Positions 9,142 to 21,480 are shown, counted from the stretch's first letter. The stretch: 64,000 nt of DNA from Occultella glacieicola (GCF_004353825.1 NZ_SMNA01000003.1:434001-498000), one strand, 5' to 3'. Made by a program: numbers and translations. Notes: generated by a model from the letters alone, not told the origin.

Positions 9142-9792
9142 TCAGGCGGTCGCCGCCGTCAGGGCCTGCGCCTCGTAGTTCAGGCGGATCACCCCGTAGG
9201 TCCAGCCGCGCCGGTTGTACACGACGCACGGTTGCTTCGTCTCGGCATCCACGAACAGGTAGAAGGGGTGCCCGACGAGTTCCATCTCGGCGAGGGCTTG
9301 GTCCACCGTCATCGGCTCGGTGTCATGCACCTTCTGCCGGATCACGACCGGGGAGTCGCCCAGTTGGGCCTCCACGGCCACACCGGTCTCGGTGGGCGGC
9401 GTGGGGGTCATCGAGATCTCGTCGTCCTCGACCGCGTCGGGGGCGGCCTCCACGGGCTCGGGCGCCGGTGGCGTGCCGTTGCGGCCGTGGTGGGACTTGC
9501 GCCGGTCACGGGCCCGGCGCAGTCGTTCGAAGAGCTTGCCGGCGGCGAGGTCGAGGGCGGCGTACCGGTCCGGTGCGCTCGCCTCGGCGCGGACAATGGG
9601 GCCCTTCGCGCGGACGGTCAGCTCGACCCGCTCGGCCCGGTCGGCCAGACGGGGGTTGTTCTCGTGCGTCACCTCGACGTCGACCCTCTGCGCGTAGGGC
9701 GAGAACTGCCCCACCTTCGAGAGCTTGTCCTCCACGTGCGACCTGAAGCGCTCGGGCACTTCGGTGTGGCGGCTCACAACAACGATCTCCAT
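9142..9792 (-). CDS. hpf: Ribosome hibernation promoting factor (long HPF/RaiA)
   Basis: MEIVVVSRHTEVPERFRSHVEDKL N-domain and PMTVDQALAEMELVGHPFYLF...VVYNRRGWTYGVIRL C-domain; GGAGG RBS. Confidence 0.95.
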   Translation of the reverse strand: MEIVVVSRHTEVPERFRSHVEDKLSKVGQFSPYAQRVDVEVTHENNPRLADRAERVELTVRAKGPIVRAEASAPDRYAALDLAAGKLFERLRRARDRRKSHHGRNGTPPAPEPVEAAPDAVEDDEISMTPTPPTETGVAVEAQLGDSPVVIRQKVHDTEPMTVDQALAEMELVGHPFYLFVDAETKQPCVVYNRRGWTYGVIRLNYEAQALTAATA

Positions 9793-9907
9793 GACGTCCT
9801 CCGGTTCGAGAGAGTGTGGCCGAGACCTCTTTCCTGGGGGTCCTGCGGCCAGGGCGGTGGCGCGTCCGACCCTTCTCAGCGGTCGGTGCGCAGTCTGGGA
9901 CTTGGCC

Positions 9908-9985
9908 TCACCTCCCCGCACTCCGGTCCGCGAACACAGAAGGCGAGGGTCGCGCCGTGCGCCCCTCGCCTGCGTTGTGCTCCAT
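9908..9985 (-). CDS. Putative leaderless 25-aa uORF in the hpf leader (MEHNAGEGRTARPSPSVFADRSAGR)
   Basis: TAGCGT -10-like hexamer (9992-9997) 6 nt before ATG 9985; ends in GGG AGG TGA. Confidence 0.45.
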   Translation of the reverse strand: MEHNAGEGRTARPSPSVFADRSAGR

Positions 9986-10029
9986 GACCTGACGCTAGTC
10001 CACTGAGCCACGATCCGATAGGCGGAAGG

Positions 10030-10785
10030 TCATGGGTCGGCGCGCCAGGTGGTGCTACCGGGCCGTGGGGTCGCCAGCAGGGTGAAGGCGCCCAGCACCT
10101 GCGCACCGGCAGCGGTGAGCGCATCGCGGGCCGCGGCGAGGGTGGCGCCGGTGGTGACGACGTCGTCGACGAGCACGCACGAAGCCCCGTCCGGTAGGTC
10201 CGCGACCAGGTGGACCGCGCGCGCGGAGCGGCCGCGGGCCACCGCGCCGAGCCGGTGGGAACTGCCGCCACGTCGGCGCAGCACGTCGACCACCCAGACC
10301 GGGCGGGCCCGGCCCCGGTCGGCCAGGCCACTGCTCAGCCCGGCCGCGACCGCGTCGGCGAGGTCCCCGACGACGAACCTGCGCGCGAGCCGGCGCCGCC
10401 AGCCGGACGGCGCCGGGACCACGAGAACCGGTCCGTTTCCCAGCGCCCCGCCCAGGTACTCGGCCAGCCGGACCCCGCCCACGGTCCCGACGCCGGCCAG
10501 TTCGGTCGCGAGGTCGGGGCGGACCCCGGTCTTCCAGGCCAGCACGAGCCGCCGGGAGCCGGCGGCATACGGGGCGAGCGCCCAGGTCGGCAGTCCGAGT
10601 ACCGGCGGTCCGGTGCCGCCCACGTCCCGGGCCGAGAGGTGGACCGTGTCCTCCTCGCACCGTCGCGGCGCGGCGAGCAGCGGCGCCCGGCAGCGCGCGC
10701 ACAGGTTTGTGTCGTGCGCACCGCACCCCGGGCACTCGACGGGCAGCACGAGGGCGAGCACGTCGGTGAGTACCTGACCGAACAC
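10030..10785 (-). CDS. comF: ComF-family phosphoribosyltransferase
   Basis: LVLPVECPGCG...LCARC zinc motif and LVDDVVTTGATL PRPP-binding loop; conserved position between lpqB and hpf; start approximate. Confidence 0.85.
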   Translation of the reverse strand: MFGQVLTDVLALVLPVECPGCGAHDTNLCARCRAPLLAAPRRCEEDTVHLSARDVGGTGPPVLGLPTWALAPYAAGSRRLVLAWKTGVRPDLATELAGVGTVGGVRLAEYLGGALGNGPVLVVPAPSGWRRRLARRFVVGDLADAVAAGLSSGLADRGRARPVWVVDVLRRRGGSSHRLGAVARGRSARAVHLVADLPDGASCVLVDDVVTTGATLAAARDALTAAGAQVLGAFTLLATPRPGSTTWRADP

Positions 10786-10891
10786 CGGACCAGCAGAACC
10801 CGCCCGCCCGGGGCGGTTCCGCCGTCGGGCCCGGTCTGTGGACGCCCGCGCATCGGCGCGTCGAGGCGCGGGCTCGACGGCGTCGGCCGGG

Positions 10892-12598
10892 TCAGCCCGG
10901 GAACGTCGGGTCGCGCACCGGCTGCAGGTCCGGCACCAGCCGCCAGCCGTTGCCCGAGCGGGCGTACAGGTCGCCCCCCGTGGTGGCCAGGTACAGCTCG
11001 CGCTCGCCGCGCGCGGCCGCGATCGTGGCGGCGTCGGGCACGGTCGGCAGCGACCGCGTGGGCTCGCCGCCGAGGGTGACCAGATGCGCGCTGATGGTCC
11101 CGCCGCTGGCCCCGAGCACCGCGAGCGTGTACTCATCGACCCAGACCACCTCGGTGGCCGACGTCATCGCCGGCGCCAGCGTCACCGGTGGGCCGAGCCG
11201 GATCGGCAGCCCGTCGGCGTCCCGGGTGATCGCGACCGCCTCCACGCGCACGGCACCGCCGCCGGTGTACACCACGGCCAGCCGGGTCCCGTCCCGGCTG
11301 ACCCGGATCGAGGCGATCTGCGTGCCGGCGAGCATCGGGGTCTCCACCGTGGCCGTGGCGCCGTCGGGGCGGGCCAGGAGCAGTTCGCCGGCGTTGTCGC
11401 GCTCCCCGGTCCAGACCCAGCCGTGCCGGTCGAAGGAGGGGTCGAGCAGCGCGGTGCCCTCGAGCAGGGTCACCGAGCCGGCGTCCGCGGTCGGCACCGT
11501 GATCAGGAACCGGTCGGCCGCGAGGGCAACCGCGGTGTCACCGTTATAGGGCAGGGCCGGGTCGGACGCGTCGATCCCGGTCAGCGGCGCCGCGCCCTCG
11601 ACCGGCGTCAGGGAGGTCCCGTTGAACCGCACCAGCGCGTCGCCGGAGAGCATGGTCGGCGCGGTACCGACGCCCGGGTTCAGGATGAGACCGAGTTCCA
11701 CCTCCGGGATCCGGAACGGCCGCGAGTCGACGAGGATCTCGACGTCCTGGACCTGCGGCAGGGCAGTGAGGGTGGCCCGGATCTGGGCCTGGAGACGGGC
11801 CCGGTCGGTGGTCCCGGCGACGGAGATGTCCTCGGTGACATCCACCGTCGCGGTGCCGGCGGACACCGGCACGGTGTCGAGGGTGAGCGCGGTGCCGCTC
11901 GGGATCGCACTGATCACCCCGGTGCTGAGCCATTCCACCGGTCCGCCGAGCAACGCGTTCATGGCGTAGGTGGCGGTGTTGCGGGCCGGGAAGAACCGCA
12001 TGTCCGGCACCAGCATGGTCGCGTCCGGGGACAGGAAATACAGCGGCGTGCTGCGGTACTGCGAGCCGAAGTTGACGTCGGAGATGAGCACGCCGTCGGG
12101 CAGGGTCTCGATGCGCCACTGATCCTCGTCGTCCTGGACCAGGTGGAACTCCTGGGTGGTCTCGGTGCCCGGCCGGGCCTCGGTGTACACCCCGGTCGGG
12201 TCGACCGTGCCGGCGACCGTGGCCCGGACGGCCACCGAGCCGTCGTCCCCGTCGACGACATCCAGGGAGGCGCCGCCGGAGTAGATCACCACCCCACCGC
12301 TCGGGTCCCACTGGTCGACACCCTCCGTGGTGAGGAACTTGCGGGCCACGGTGAAGTTGTCGACCAGCCCGCCCGCACTGCCGGCCAGGAACCCACGGAC
12401 GATCTCGGTAGGCGGCGCATCCGGCCTCGGGTCCTCGGCGGACAGCACGATGCCGCTGGTGTCCGGGGCCGCCTCCACGCCCCGCTGCACGGCGCCCCGG
12501 GTCGGCAGGCTGGCACAGCCCGCCATGGCAAGGGCAAGGACGAGGAGGATGACGACGGCGGAACTCGCCCGCCGGGTCGTCGTCGCCTTCGGGTTCAT
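10892..12598 (-). CDS. lpqB: Lipoprotein LpqB (GerMN + beta-propeller)
   Basis: Lipobox LAMAGC, IVRGFL, LYFLSPD..MLVPD.R, LLGGP..WL, SRDGTRLAVV, C-terminal DPTFPG; ATGA overlap with mtrB. Confidence 0.92.
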   Translation of the reverse strand: MNPKATTTRRASSAVVILLVLALAMAGCASLPTRGAVQRGVEAAPDTSGIVLSAEDPRPDAPPTEIVRGFLAGSAGGLVDNFTVARKFLTTEGVDQWDPSGGVVIYSGGASLDVVDGDDGSVAVRATVAGTVDPTGVYTEARPGTETTQEFHLVQDDEDQWRIETLPDGVLISDVNFGSQYRSTPLYFLSPDATMLVPDMRFFPARNTATYAMNALLGGPVEWLSTGVISAIPSGTALTLDTVPVSAGTATVDVTEDISVAGTTDRARLQAQIRATLTALPQVQDVEILVDSRPFRIPEVELGLILNPGVGTAPTMLSGDALVRFNGTSLTPVEGAAPLTGIDASDPALPYNGDTAVALAADRFLITVPTADAGSVTLLEGTALLDPSFDRHGWVWTGERDNAGELLLARPDGATATVETPMLAGTQIASIRVSRDGTRLAVVYTGGGAVRVEAVAITRDADGLPIRLGPPVTLAPAMTSATEVVWVDEYTLAVLGASGGTISAHLVTLGGEPTRSLPTVPDAATIAAARGERELYLATTGGDLYARSGNGWRLVPDLQPVRDPTFPG

Positions 12599-14355
12599 CC
12601 CTTGGCCTCCTCGTGACTGGTGGAGGGCTCCGGGTGCAGGTCGGGCAGGGCCGCCGGGTTCGCGGCTGAGGAGTCCTCGGGTGGCTCGAGCTCCGGTTCG
12701 GACCGGACCTCGCGCAGGGGGATCGGTTTGGCGGCGATGTCCAGGCCGGCCCGGCGGGGCAGCGTGAGCCGGAACGCGGCCCCCTCCCCCGGGCTCCCCC
12801 ACGCCTCCAGGTCCCCGCCGTGCAGGCGCGCGTCCTCGAGGGAGATGGCCAGGCCGAGGCCGGTTCCGCCCAGGGTGCGTGCCCGGGCCGGGTCCGCCCG
12901 CCAGAACCGGTCGAACACGTGCTCGGCCTCCGGTGCCGTCATGCCGATGCCGTGGTCACGGACCACGACCGCCACGGCGCGGGCGTTCACACCCACGCGC
13001 ACGTCGATCGGCTCCCCTTCGCCGTGCTCGATGGCGTTCACGATGAGGTTGCGCAGGACCCGCTCGACGCGACGTTGATCGATATCGGCGGTGGCGGCGA
13101 TGGCGGGCAGGTCGAGGACGACCTCGGAGCCACGGTTCTGGGCGAGCGGGGCGGTCAGGTCCACGACCCGGCGGACCACCTCCCGCACGTCGACCCCCTC
13201 GGCCTCGAGGGTCGCGGCCCCGGCGTCGAAGCGGGAGATCTCCAGGAGGTCGGCGAGGAGTTCCTCGAACCGGTCCAGCTGGGCCTGCAGCAGTTCGGCC
13301 GAACGCGCCTGCCCGGGGGTGAAGTCACCGCGGGCCTGGTACAGCACCTCCGAGGCCATCCGCACGGTGGTCAGTGGGGTCCGCAACTCGTGGGAGACGT
13401 CGGAGACGAACCGCTGCTGCATGTGGGACAGGTTCGCCATCCGTTCGATCTGGTCCTGCAGGCTGGCGGCCATCTCGTTGAACGACCGCCCGAGCAGGGC
13501 CAGCTCGTCGTCGCCGCGCACCTGCATGCGCTCGGTGAGGTGGCCGTCGGCGAGCCGCCCCGCCGTGCGGGCCGCCTGCTCCACCGGGTCCAGGACCTGC
13601 CGGGTCAGGTACCAGGCCATCGCGAGCAGGAGCACCACCAGGCTGACCGCGCCGACGGCGAGCACCCCCTGGAGCAGGTCGAGGTTCTGTTGTTCGGCAC
13701 CGAGGCTGTAGATCAGGTACAGCTCGTAGTCACCGGCGAGCGGGAGCGTGACCGCCGAGCCCACCGCGATCCCCGGGGTGAGGCCACCGTCGGACCGCGG
13801 GATGCCGACGGACTGCCAGGCCTGGAAGTCCTCGGTCTGGACCCGCTCGCGCAGTTCCGGGGAGATCAGGGGTCGCAGCGAGTCGTTCGTCGAGGGGTCG
13901 AGGATCACCGCCGGGGATCCCGGGGAGCGCATCAGGAACACGCCGGAACTGCCCACGGAGGTCTCCTGCAGTCCCGAGACCATGTCGGTGGCCAGCTGCT
14001 GGACCTCCTGGGCCGAGGAGACCGTCGACGCGTCGAACTGGCCCTGGGCCAGTTCCGCCCGGGTCGCGGCGTCGGAGAGCACCTGGTCGCGGCGGTCGTC
14101 GAACAGCCCGTCGCGGATCTGCGCGGACAGCAGCAGGCCGAGCAGGGCCAGCGCGATCACGCCGACGGCCACCGTGGTGCTGGCCACGCGCAGGCGCAGC
14201 GAGCCGCGCCACACCCGCAACGCCAGCCGGACCCGGACCCGGAGCACCCGTCGCCACCGTTCGGCGTGGTGTCGCACCCTGGCGAACCAGTCATCCCGGC
14301 GGCCGGGCGTGGGGGCGTCGCCGGGCGGGTGCGCCCCGCGCGCCGCATCGGTCAT
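12595..14355 (-). CDS. mtrB: Sensor histidine kinase MtrB
   Basis: Two TMs, HAMP, FVSDVSHELRTPLTTVRMA H-box, FDRFWRADPARARTLGGTGLGLAIS. Confidence 0.95.
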   Translation of the reverse strand: MTDAARGAHPPGDAPTPGRRDDWFARVRHHAERWRRVLRVRVRLALRVWRGSLRLRVASTTVAVGVIALALLGLLLSAQIRDGLFDDRRDQVLSDAATRAELAQGQFDASTVSSAQEVQQLATDMVSGLQETSVGSSGVFLMRSPGSPAVILDPSTNDSLRPLISPELRERVQTEDFQAWQSVGIPRSDGGLTPGIAVGSAVTLPLAGDYELYLIYSLGAEQQNLDLLQGVLAVGAVSLVVLLLAMAWYLTRQVLDPVEQAARTAGRLADGHLTERMQVRGDDELALLGRSFNEMAASLQDQIERMANLSHMQQRFVSDVSHELRTPLTTVRMASEVLYQARGDFTPGQARSAELLQAQLDRFEELLADLLEISRFDAGAATLEAEGVDVREVVRRVVDLTAPLAQNRGSEVVLDLPAIAATADIDQRRVERVLRNLIVNAIEHGEGEPIDVRVGVNARAVAVVVRDHGIGMTAPEAEHVFDRFWRADPARARTLGGTGLGLAISLEDARLHGGDLEAWGSPGEGAAFRLTLPRRAGLDIAAKPIPLREVRSEPELEPPEDSSAANPAALPDLHPEPSTSHEEAKG

Positions 14356-15035
14356 CGCACCGGGGTGCCGGCCCGGTATCCGACTCCGCGCACGGTCACC
14401 ACGACCTCCGGGTTCTCCGGGTCCTTCTCGACCTTGGCGCGCAGCCGCTGGACGTGCACGTTGACGAGCCGGGTGTCGGCCTGGTGCCGGTAGCCCCAGA
14501 CCTGCTCCAGCAGAACCTCACGGGAGAACACCTGCCACGGCTTGCGGGCCAGGGCCACGATCAGGTCGAACTCCAGCGGGGTCAGGTTGATGGTCTCCCC
14601 GTCCCGTGTGACCCGGTGCCCGGGCACGTCGATCGCCAGGTCCGCAATCAGCAACTGCTCGGTGCCCTGGGTCTCGCCGTGGCGCAGCCTCGCCCGGATC
14701 CGGGCGACCAGCTCGGTGGGCTTGAACGGCTTCGCGATGTAGTCGTCGGCGCCCGCCTCAAGCCCCTTGACCACGTCGGTGGTGTCGCTCTTGGCGGTGA
14801 GCATGACGATCGGCACCCCGGACTCGGCGCGGATCCGCCGGCAGATCTCGATGCCGTCCATGCCCGGCAGCATCAGGTCCAGCAGGACCAGATCGGGTTC
14901 GACGGAGCGGAACGCCTCCATCGCCTTCGCGCCGTCGGCGCAGAAGGATGCCTCGAAGTTCTCCGACTGCAGGACGATCCCGATCATCTCCGACAGGGCG
15001 GCGTCATCATCGACCACGAGCACGCGTGCATTCAT
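14352..15035 (-). CDS. mtrA: Response regulator MtrA
   Basis: VLVVDDD, LLDLMLPG, ARKPWQVFSREVLLEQVWGYRHQADTRLVNVHVQRLRAKVEKDPENP. Confidence 0.96.
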   Translation of the reverse strand: MNARVLVVDDDAALSEMIGIVLQSENFEASFCADGAKAMEAFRSVEPDLVLLDLMLPGMDGIEICRRIRAESGVPIVMLTAKSDTTDVVKGLEAGADDYIAKPFKPTELVARIRARLRHGETQGTEQLLIADLAIDVPGHRVTRDGETINLTPLEFDLIVALARKPWQVFSREVLLEQVWGYRHQADTRLVNVHVQRLRAKVEKDPENPEVVVTVRGVGYRAGTPVR

Positions 15036-15132
15036 GCGCCCTATCGTGACACCTTCTGCCAGGAGTGGGTGTGAGGTGTGCACATGCAAAGATGATTGCG
15101 GCGCACCGGCGACGAAGGAGAAAGACCATCCC

Positions 15133-16323
15133 ATGACCGACCGTGAAGAGCCCACACCACCTCGACCCGACCCGGCCGGGTCCGGGCCGACGGGCTGGGG
15201 CGACGTCACCCCCGGCGGTTACGGGACGCCTCCGAACCAGCCGGCCGGACGGGGCCAGGCCGGCGGCTACGGCGCGCCGAACCAGCCGGGCCAGTACCCG
15301 ACGCCGCCACCCGGACCGGGAGCACCGCCGCCGTCGGGCTCCTACGGCCAGTACGGGCCCGTGGACCCGGGCGCGAACATGATGCCGCTCGGGCCCGCGC
15401 CACAACCCGGGATCATCCCGCTGCGACCGCTCACCCTCGGCGAGATCTACGACGGTGCGTTCCGCTCGATCCGGGCGAACCCGACCGTGATGTTCGTGCT
15501 CGCCGCCATCGTGGTCGCGGTCCTCGGCGTGATCCAGGCGATCGCCACCTGGGGCACGTTCGAGCAGTTGAACGAGATGCTCGGCAACTTCGATCCGACG
15601 GCCTCCGACGCCGAGGCCCTCGACGACCTCACCGCGACCCTGCAGTCGCAGCTGCTCGCCACCGGCGTCTCCGGGCTCCTCTCGTTCGTGGTCTCGACCG
15701 TCCTGACCGGGGTCCTGATCCACTCGGTGAGCCAGTCCGTGATCGGCCGGAAGATGAGTCTCGGCGACGTGTGGCAGGCGATCAAGCCGCAGATCGGACG
15801 CTTGCTGCTGCTCACCCTGGTCATCCTGCTGCTGGTGGCGCTCGTGACCTTCGTGTTCGTCGGCGTCATCGTGCTGGCGGCCACATCCGGTTCGCTCAGC
15901 GTGATCGCCGTGGTGGGGATCCTCGGGGTGCTGGCGCTCATCGCGGCCCTGGCGTTCGTGGTCACCGTCACGCTGCTGGCAACCCCGGTGCTGGTGCTCG
16001 AGCGGGCCGGCGTCATCGCCGCGCTGAAGCGGTCCTGGCGGCTCACCCTGCCGACGTTCTGGCGGGTGTTCGGCATCTACCTGCTGACCACGATCCTGAT
16101 CGGCATCCTGTCCCAGATCATCACCTACCCACTGCAACTGATCGGGCAGGCGGTCGGCGGCTTCGGCACGCTCACGACCGTCCTCACGCTCCTCGGCGGC
16201 GTGATCGCCTCAGCCCTGACGACGCCGTTCCTGGCCGCGGTCGTGGCCCTGCTGTATATCGACATCCGGATCCGCACCGAGGCCCTGGACGTGGACCTCG
16301 CCGCGGCCGCCGAGGCGCCATGA
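15133..16323 (+). CDS. Integral membrane protein with Pro/Gly-rich N-terminus (GDPD membrane-anchor-like)
   Basis: AAGGAG RBS; PGIIPLRPLTLGEIYDGAF, ALKRSWRL, LLYIDIRIRTEALD motifs; several TMs. Confidence 0.8.
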   Translation: MTDREEPTPPRPDPAGSGPTGWGDVTPGGYGTPPNQPAGRGQAGGYGAPNQPGQYPTPPPGPGAPPPSGSYGQYGPVDPGANMMPLGPAPQPGIIPLRPLTLGEIYDGAFRSIRANPTVMFVLAAIVVAVLGVIQAIATWGTFEQLNEMLGNFDPTASDAEALDDLTATLQSQLLATGVSGLLSFVVSTVLTGVLIHSVSQSVIGRKMSLGDVWQAIKPQIGRLLLLTLVILLLVALVTFVFVGVIVLAATSGSLSVIAVVGILGVLALIAALAFVVTVTLLATPVLVLERAGVIAALKRSWRLTLPTFWRVFGIYLLTTILIGILSQIITYPLQLIGQAVGGFGTLTTVLTLLGGVIASALTTPFLAAVVALLYIDIRIRTEALDVDLAAAAEAP

Positions 16324-17021
16324 TCGCAGTGCCGGCGGCGGGGGCCCGGCTGGCGAACCTTCTACGTGAGGTCCCGCTCGACCCCTCGGCGGACGAGGCC
16401 CGGGAGTGGGCCGAGGCCGAGCTCGCCAAGGCCATCTACAACAATGAGCCGAGCCTGTGGGACCGGTTCCTGATGTGGCTGGGCGACCTGTGGGCGCGGA
16501 TCACCGAGGCGAACACGGCCCTCGGCCCGATCTTCCTGCCGCTGGTGATCCTGCTCGTGGTCGGTGTCATCGTCGCGGTCGTGCTGCTGGTCGGCGGTCC
16601 GGTCCGACGGCGTAGGTTGCGCGGATCGGAAGGGGGCAGTTTCGACGTGCTCGACGGGGACAGCCGGGACGCGCGGTCGCTGCGGGCGGCGGCGGACGCC
16701 GCTGCCGCCGCGGGCGACCACGCGCTGGCCGTCCTGGAACGGTTCCGCGCGATCGTCCGGTCCCTGGACGAGCGAGCGATCCTCGAGGACCGGCTCGGGC
16801 GGACGGCGCGCGAGGCCGCCGGCGCGGCCGGCGAACGCCTGCCCGCGTGCGCCGACGACCTGCACCGCGCCGCGGACCTGTTCGACCAGGTCTGCTACGG
16901 ACACGTGGACCCGACCGAACGCGAGGATGCCTGGCTGCGTGAGGTCGACCGGACGGTCGCGGCCACCAGGCCCACCCGGGTCCGGTCCACCCCCGCCGAC
17001 GACTGGGCGGCGGCCCGATGA
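16320..17021 (+). CDS. DUF4129-domain membrane protein
   Basis: ATGA overlap; DEAREWAEAELAKAIY, one TM, RFRAIVRSLDER...GRTAREAA...AADLFDQVCYG. Confidence 0.82.
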   Translation: MIAVPAAGARLANLLREVPLDPSADEAREWAEAELAKAIYNNEPSLWDRFLMWLGDLWARITEANTALGPIFLPLVILLVVGVIVAVVLLVGGPVRRRRLRGSEGGSFDVLDGDSRDARSLRAAADAAAAAGDHALAVLERFRAIVRSLDERAILEDRLGRTAREAAGAAGERLPACADDLHRAADLFDQVCYGHVDPTEREDAWLREVDRTVAATRPTRVRSTPADDWAAAR

Positions 17022-18264
17022 GCGCCCCCGCCGCCGCGGCGGACCCGGCCGGCCGGCCGGCCCCGACGATCGAGGCGCGCGGGCGACGCGTCGACGCCGG
17101 CGGTCACGGCCCTGACGGCGCTGCCGGCACACCCGGCACGCCCCGGGCGCCCGAGCGCGAGAACCGCCGGACCGTGATCATCGTCGCGGCCGCCGTGGTG
17201 CTCCTGGTCCTCGCGGCGCTGGCCCTCGGGCGTGGCGGCCAGTCCCGCTCCGACCTCCCGCTGGCCCCGAACAATCCCGAACCCGGCGGCGCCCGGGCAG
17301 CCGCGCAGATCCTCGGCGAGCACGGCGTCGACGTGACCCTGGTCCGTCGGACCGCGGACGTGCTGGCCCAGGATCAGGCGGACACCACCCTCGTGATCGT
17401 CGGGGCGGACGAGCTGAGCTCCGACCAGCTGACCGCCCTCGCGGACACCCAGGCGGAGGTGGTTCTGCTCGGGCTCGGGTACGCCTCGATCACCGAGCTG
17501 ACGTCGACGGTCACGGTGACGGCCGGCGGCGCCCGGGCACCGCGCAGTTCCGACTGCGCGGACCCGGACGCCGAGGCCGCCGGGACCATCGACACCGCCG
17601 GACCGGGGATCACCGGGTCCGGCGCGGTCCAGACCTGCTTCGCGCTCGGTGAGGACGCCGGCGCCTACGCCGTCTGGGAGGAGTCCGGCCGCACCTGGCG
17701 CGCCCTGCCGAACGGGTTCCCGGCCACGAACGAAGGACTCGCCCTGGAGGGCAACGCCGCCCTCGTGCTGCGTGCCCTCGGCCAGCACGAGCAGCTCCTC
17801 TGGTACGTGCCGGACCCGAACGACCCGTTCACCCTCGACGACGATGCGTCCGCGCCGCAGACGTTCTTCCTTCCCGAGGCGGTCGTCTACCAGATCCTCG
17901 TGGTCGCCCTCGCCGTGGTGATCTGGCGCGGGCGCCGCCTCGGCCGGGTGGTCGTGGAGCCGTTGCCGGTCGTGGTGCGTGCCGCCGAGACCACGCGGGG
18001 GCGTGGCCGGCTGTACCGGCGCGCCGGCGCCCACGCCCATGCCGGCGCGGCGCTGCGGGCCGGGACCCTGGCCCGGGTCGGTTCCCGGATCGGGCTTCCC
18101 TCGGCGGCCGGGCCCGACCAGGTCATCGACGCGCTGGCCCGGGCGACCGGCCGCAGCCCAGGCGAACTCGAGCATCTCCTGTACGGACCACCCCCGACCG
18201 ACGACGACTCACTCGTCGCCCTCACCCAAGCCCTGGACACCATGGAAAGCGAGGTTCATCGCGC

Positions 18265-18268
<4 letters not shown>
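17018..18268 (+). CDS. DUF4350-domain membrane protein
   Basis: N-terminal TM, PNNPEPGGARA, GNAAL, WRGRRLGRVVVEPLPVVVRAAETTRGRGRLYRR. Confidence 0.82.
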
Positions 18269-20036
<1,768 letters not shown>

Positions 20037-20037
<1 letters not shown>

Positions 20038-21329
20038 TGGCGATCTCCGTCCGCACCGTCGCGTTGCTCGCGCTCGGCCTGATCCCGGTCCTGCTGCTGC
20101 CCGAGCCGGGCACGGTGCTGACCTGGCTGGGTCTGGTGCTCGTGCTCGTGGTCGTGGACCTGGTGGTCGCGGCCCCGCCGCGGTCGTTGGAGATCGAGCG
20201 TCGGCAACTCGGCTCGGTCCGGCTGACGGAACCTGCGGAGTCGGTGCTGACGGTGACGAACCCGTCCGGTCGGACGATGCGCGCGCTGATCCGCGACGCC
20301 TGGCAGCCGACCGCGGGCAACGGCCCGAACCGGCACCGGGTGACGATCCCGTCGGGTGAGTCCCGGCGGACCCGGACCGCTCTGCTGCCCACCCGTCGCG
20401 GCGACCTCCAGGCGGACCTGGTCACGGTCCGCTCCGCCGGGCCCCTCGGCCTCGCCGCCCGGCAGGCCTCGATCGCCGTGCCCGGCCACCTGCGGGTGCT
20501 GCCGGAGTTCCGGTCCCGGCGCCATCTGCCCTCGCGCCTCGCGCGGCTGCGGGAGATGGACGGACGTTCCGCGGTGAACGTGCGCGGACCCGGCACCGAG
20601 TTCGACTCGCTGCGTGAGTACGTGATCGGTGACGACGTCCGCGCCATCGACTGGCGTGCCACCGCGCGCCGGGCGGATGTGGTGGTGCGGACCTGGCGCC
20701 CGGAGCGGGACCGCCGGGTGTTCATGGTGCTGGACCTGTCCCGGCTGTCCGCGGTGCGGCTCGGCGAGGCACCGCGGCTGGACGCGAGCATCGAGGCCGC
20801 CCTCCTGCTCGCGGCCCTCGCGTCCAAGGCAGGCGACCGCGTGGAACTCGTGGCCATCGACCGACAGGTCCGGGCGCGGGTCAGCGGCACCCACGGACCG
20901 GCGATCATGGCGAAGATGGCCGACGCGCTCGCCCCGGTGCACCCGGCCCTGGTGGAACCGGACTGGACCGCGGTCACCCAGGTGATCCGGGACCGGCTCT
21001 CCCAGCGCGCGCTCGTGGTGCTCCTGACCGCGCTCGAACCCGGCGCGATCGACTCCGGGCTGGCCCCGGTGGTCGCCGCCCTGTCCAAGGACCACCAGGT
21101 GGTCCTCGCCTCCGCCACCGATCCGGACACCGACGTGCTTCGCCAGGCCCGGGAGTCCTCCGCGGACCTGTTCGACGCCGCTGCGGCCGAGCGTGGTGAG
21201 CTCGAGCGCCGCGCCGTGGCCACCCGGATGCGCCGCGTCGGCGCCGAGGTGGTCGAGCGGCTGCCCGACGACCTCGCGCCCGCCCTCGCGGACACCTACC
21301 TGGCGCTCAAGGCCGCCGGCCGGCTCTGA
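20037..21329 (+). CDS. DUF58 (VWA-like) protein, MoxR partner
   Basis: TGATG coupling; GTEFDSLREYVIGDDVRAIDWRATAR; C-terminal YLALKAAGRL. Confidence 0.92.
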
Positions 21330-21337
21330 CCCCTCAC

Positions 21338-21439
21338 CGAGAGTGCTGAAGCGGCGACCACTTCCGCACTCTCACCGGCTGCCGCAACCGCACCCTGCGC
21401 GCGAGAGTGCTGAAGCGGCGACCACTTCCGCACTCTCAC
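21338..21439. repeat. REP-like doublet: two identical 38-bp palindromic units
   Basis: cgagagtgctgaagcggcgaccacttccgcactctcac at 21338-21375 and 21402-21439; each folds gagagtgc/gcactctc plus gaag/cttc. Confidence 0.85.
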
Positions 21440-21480
21440 GGCCGGGATCGAGTCCTGCCAGCGCCGTGTCGCGGAAGGAC

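Noticed and set aside
9793..10029. The large raiA-motif ncRNA between comF and hpf
   Set aside because: The position fits, but I could not find the conserved strings I recall for that motif; reported instead as a uORF and structured leader pending cmscan.
21338..21439. 38-bp repeat, 26-bp spacer, repeat as a mini-CRISPR
   Set aside because: Only two units, long REP-like stems, no leader or cas genes.
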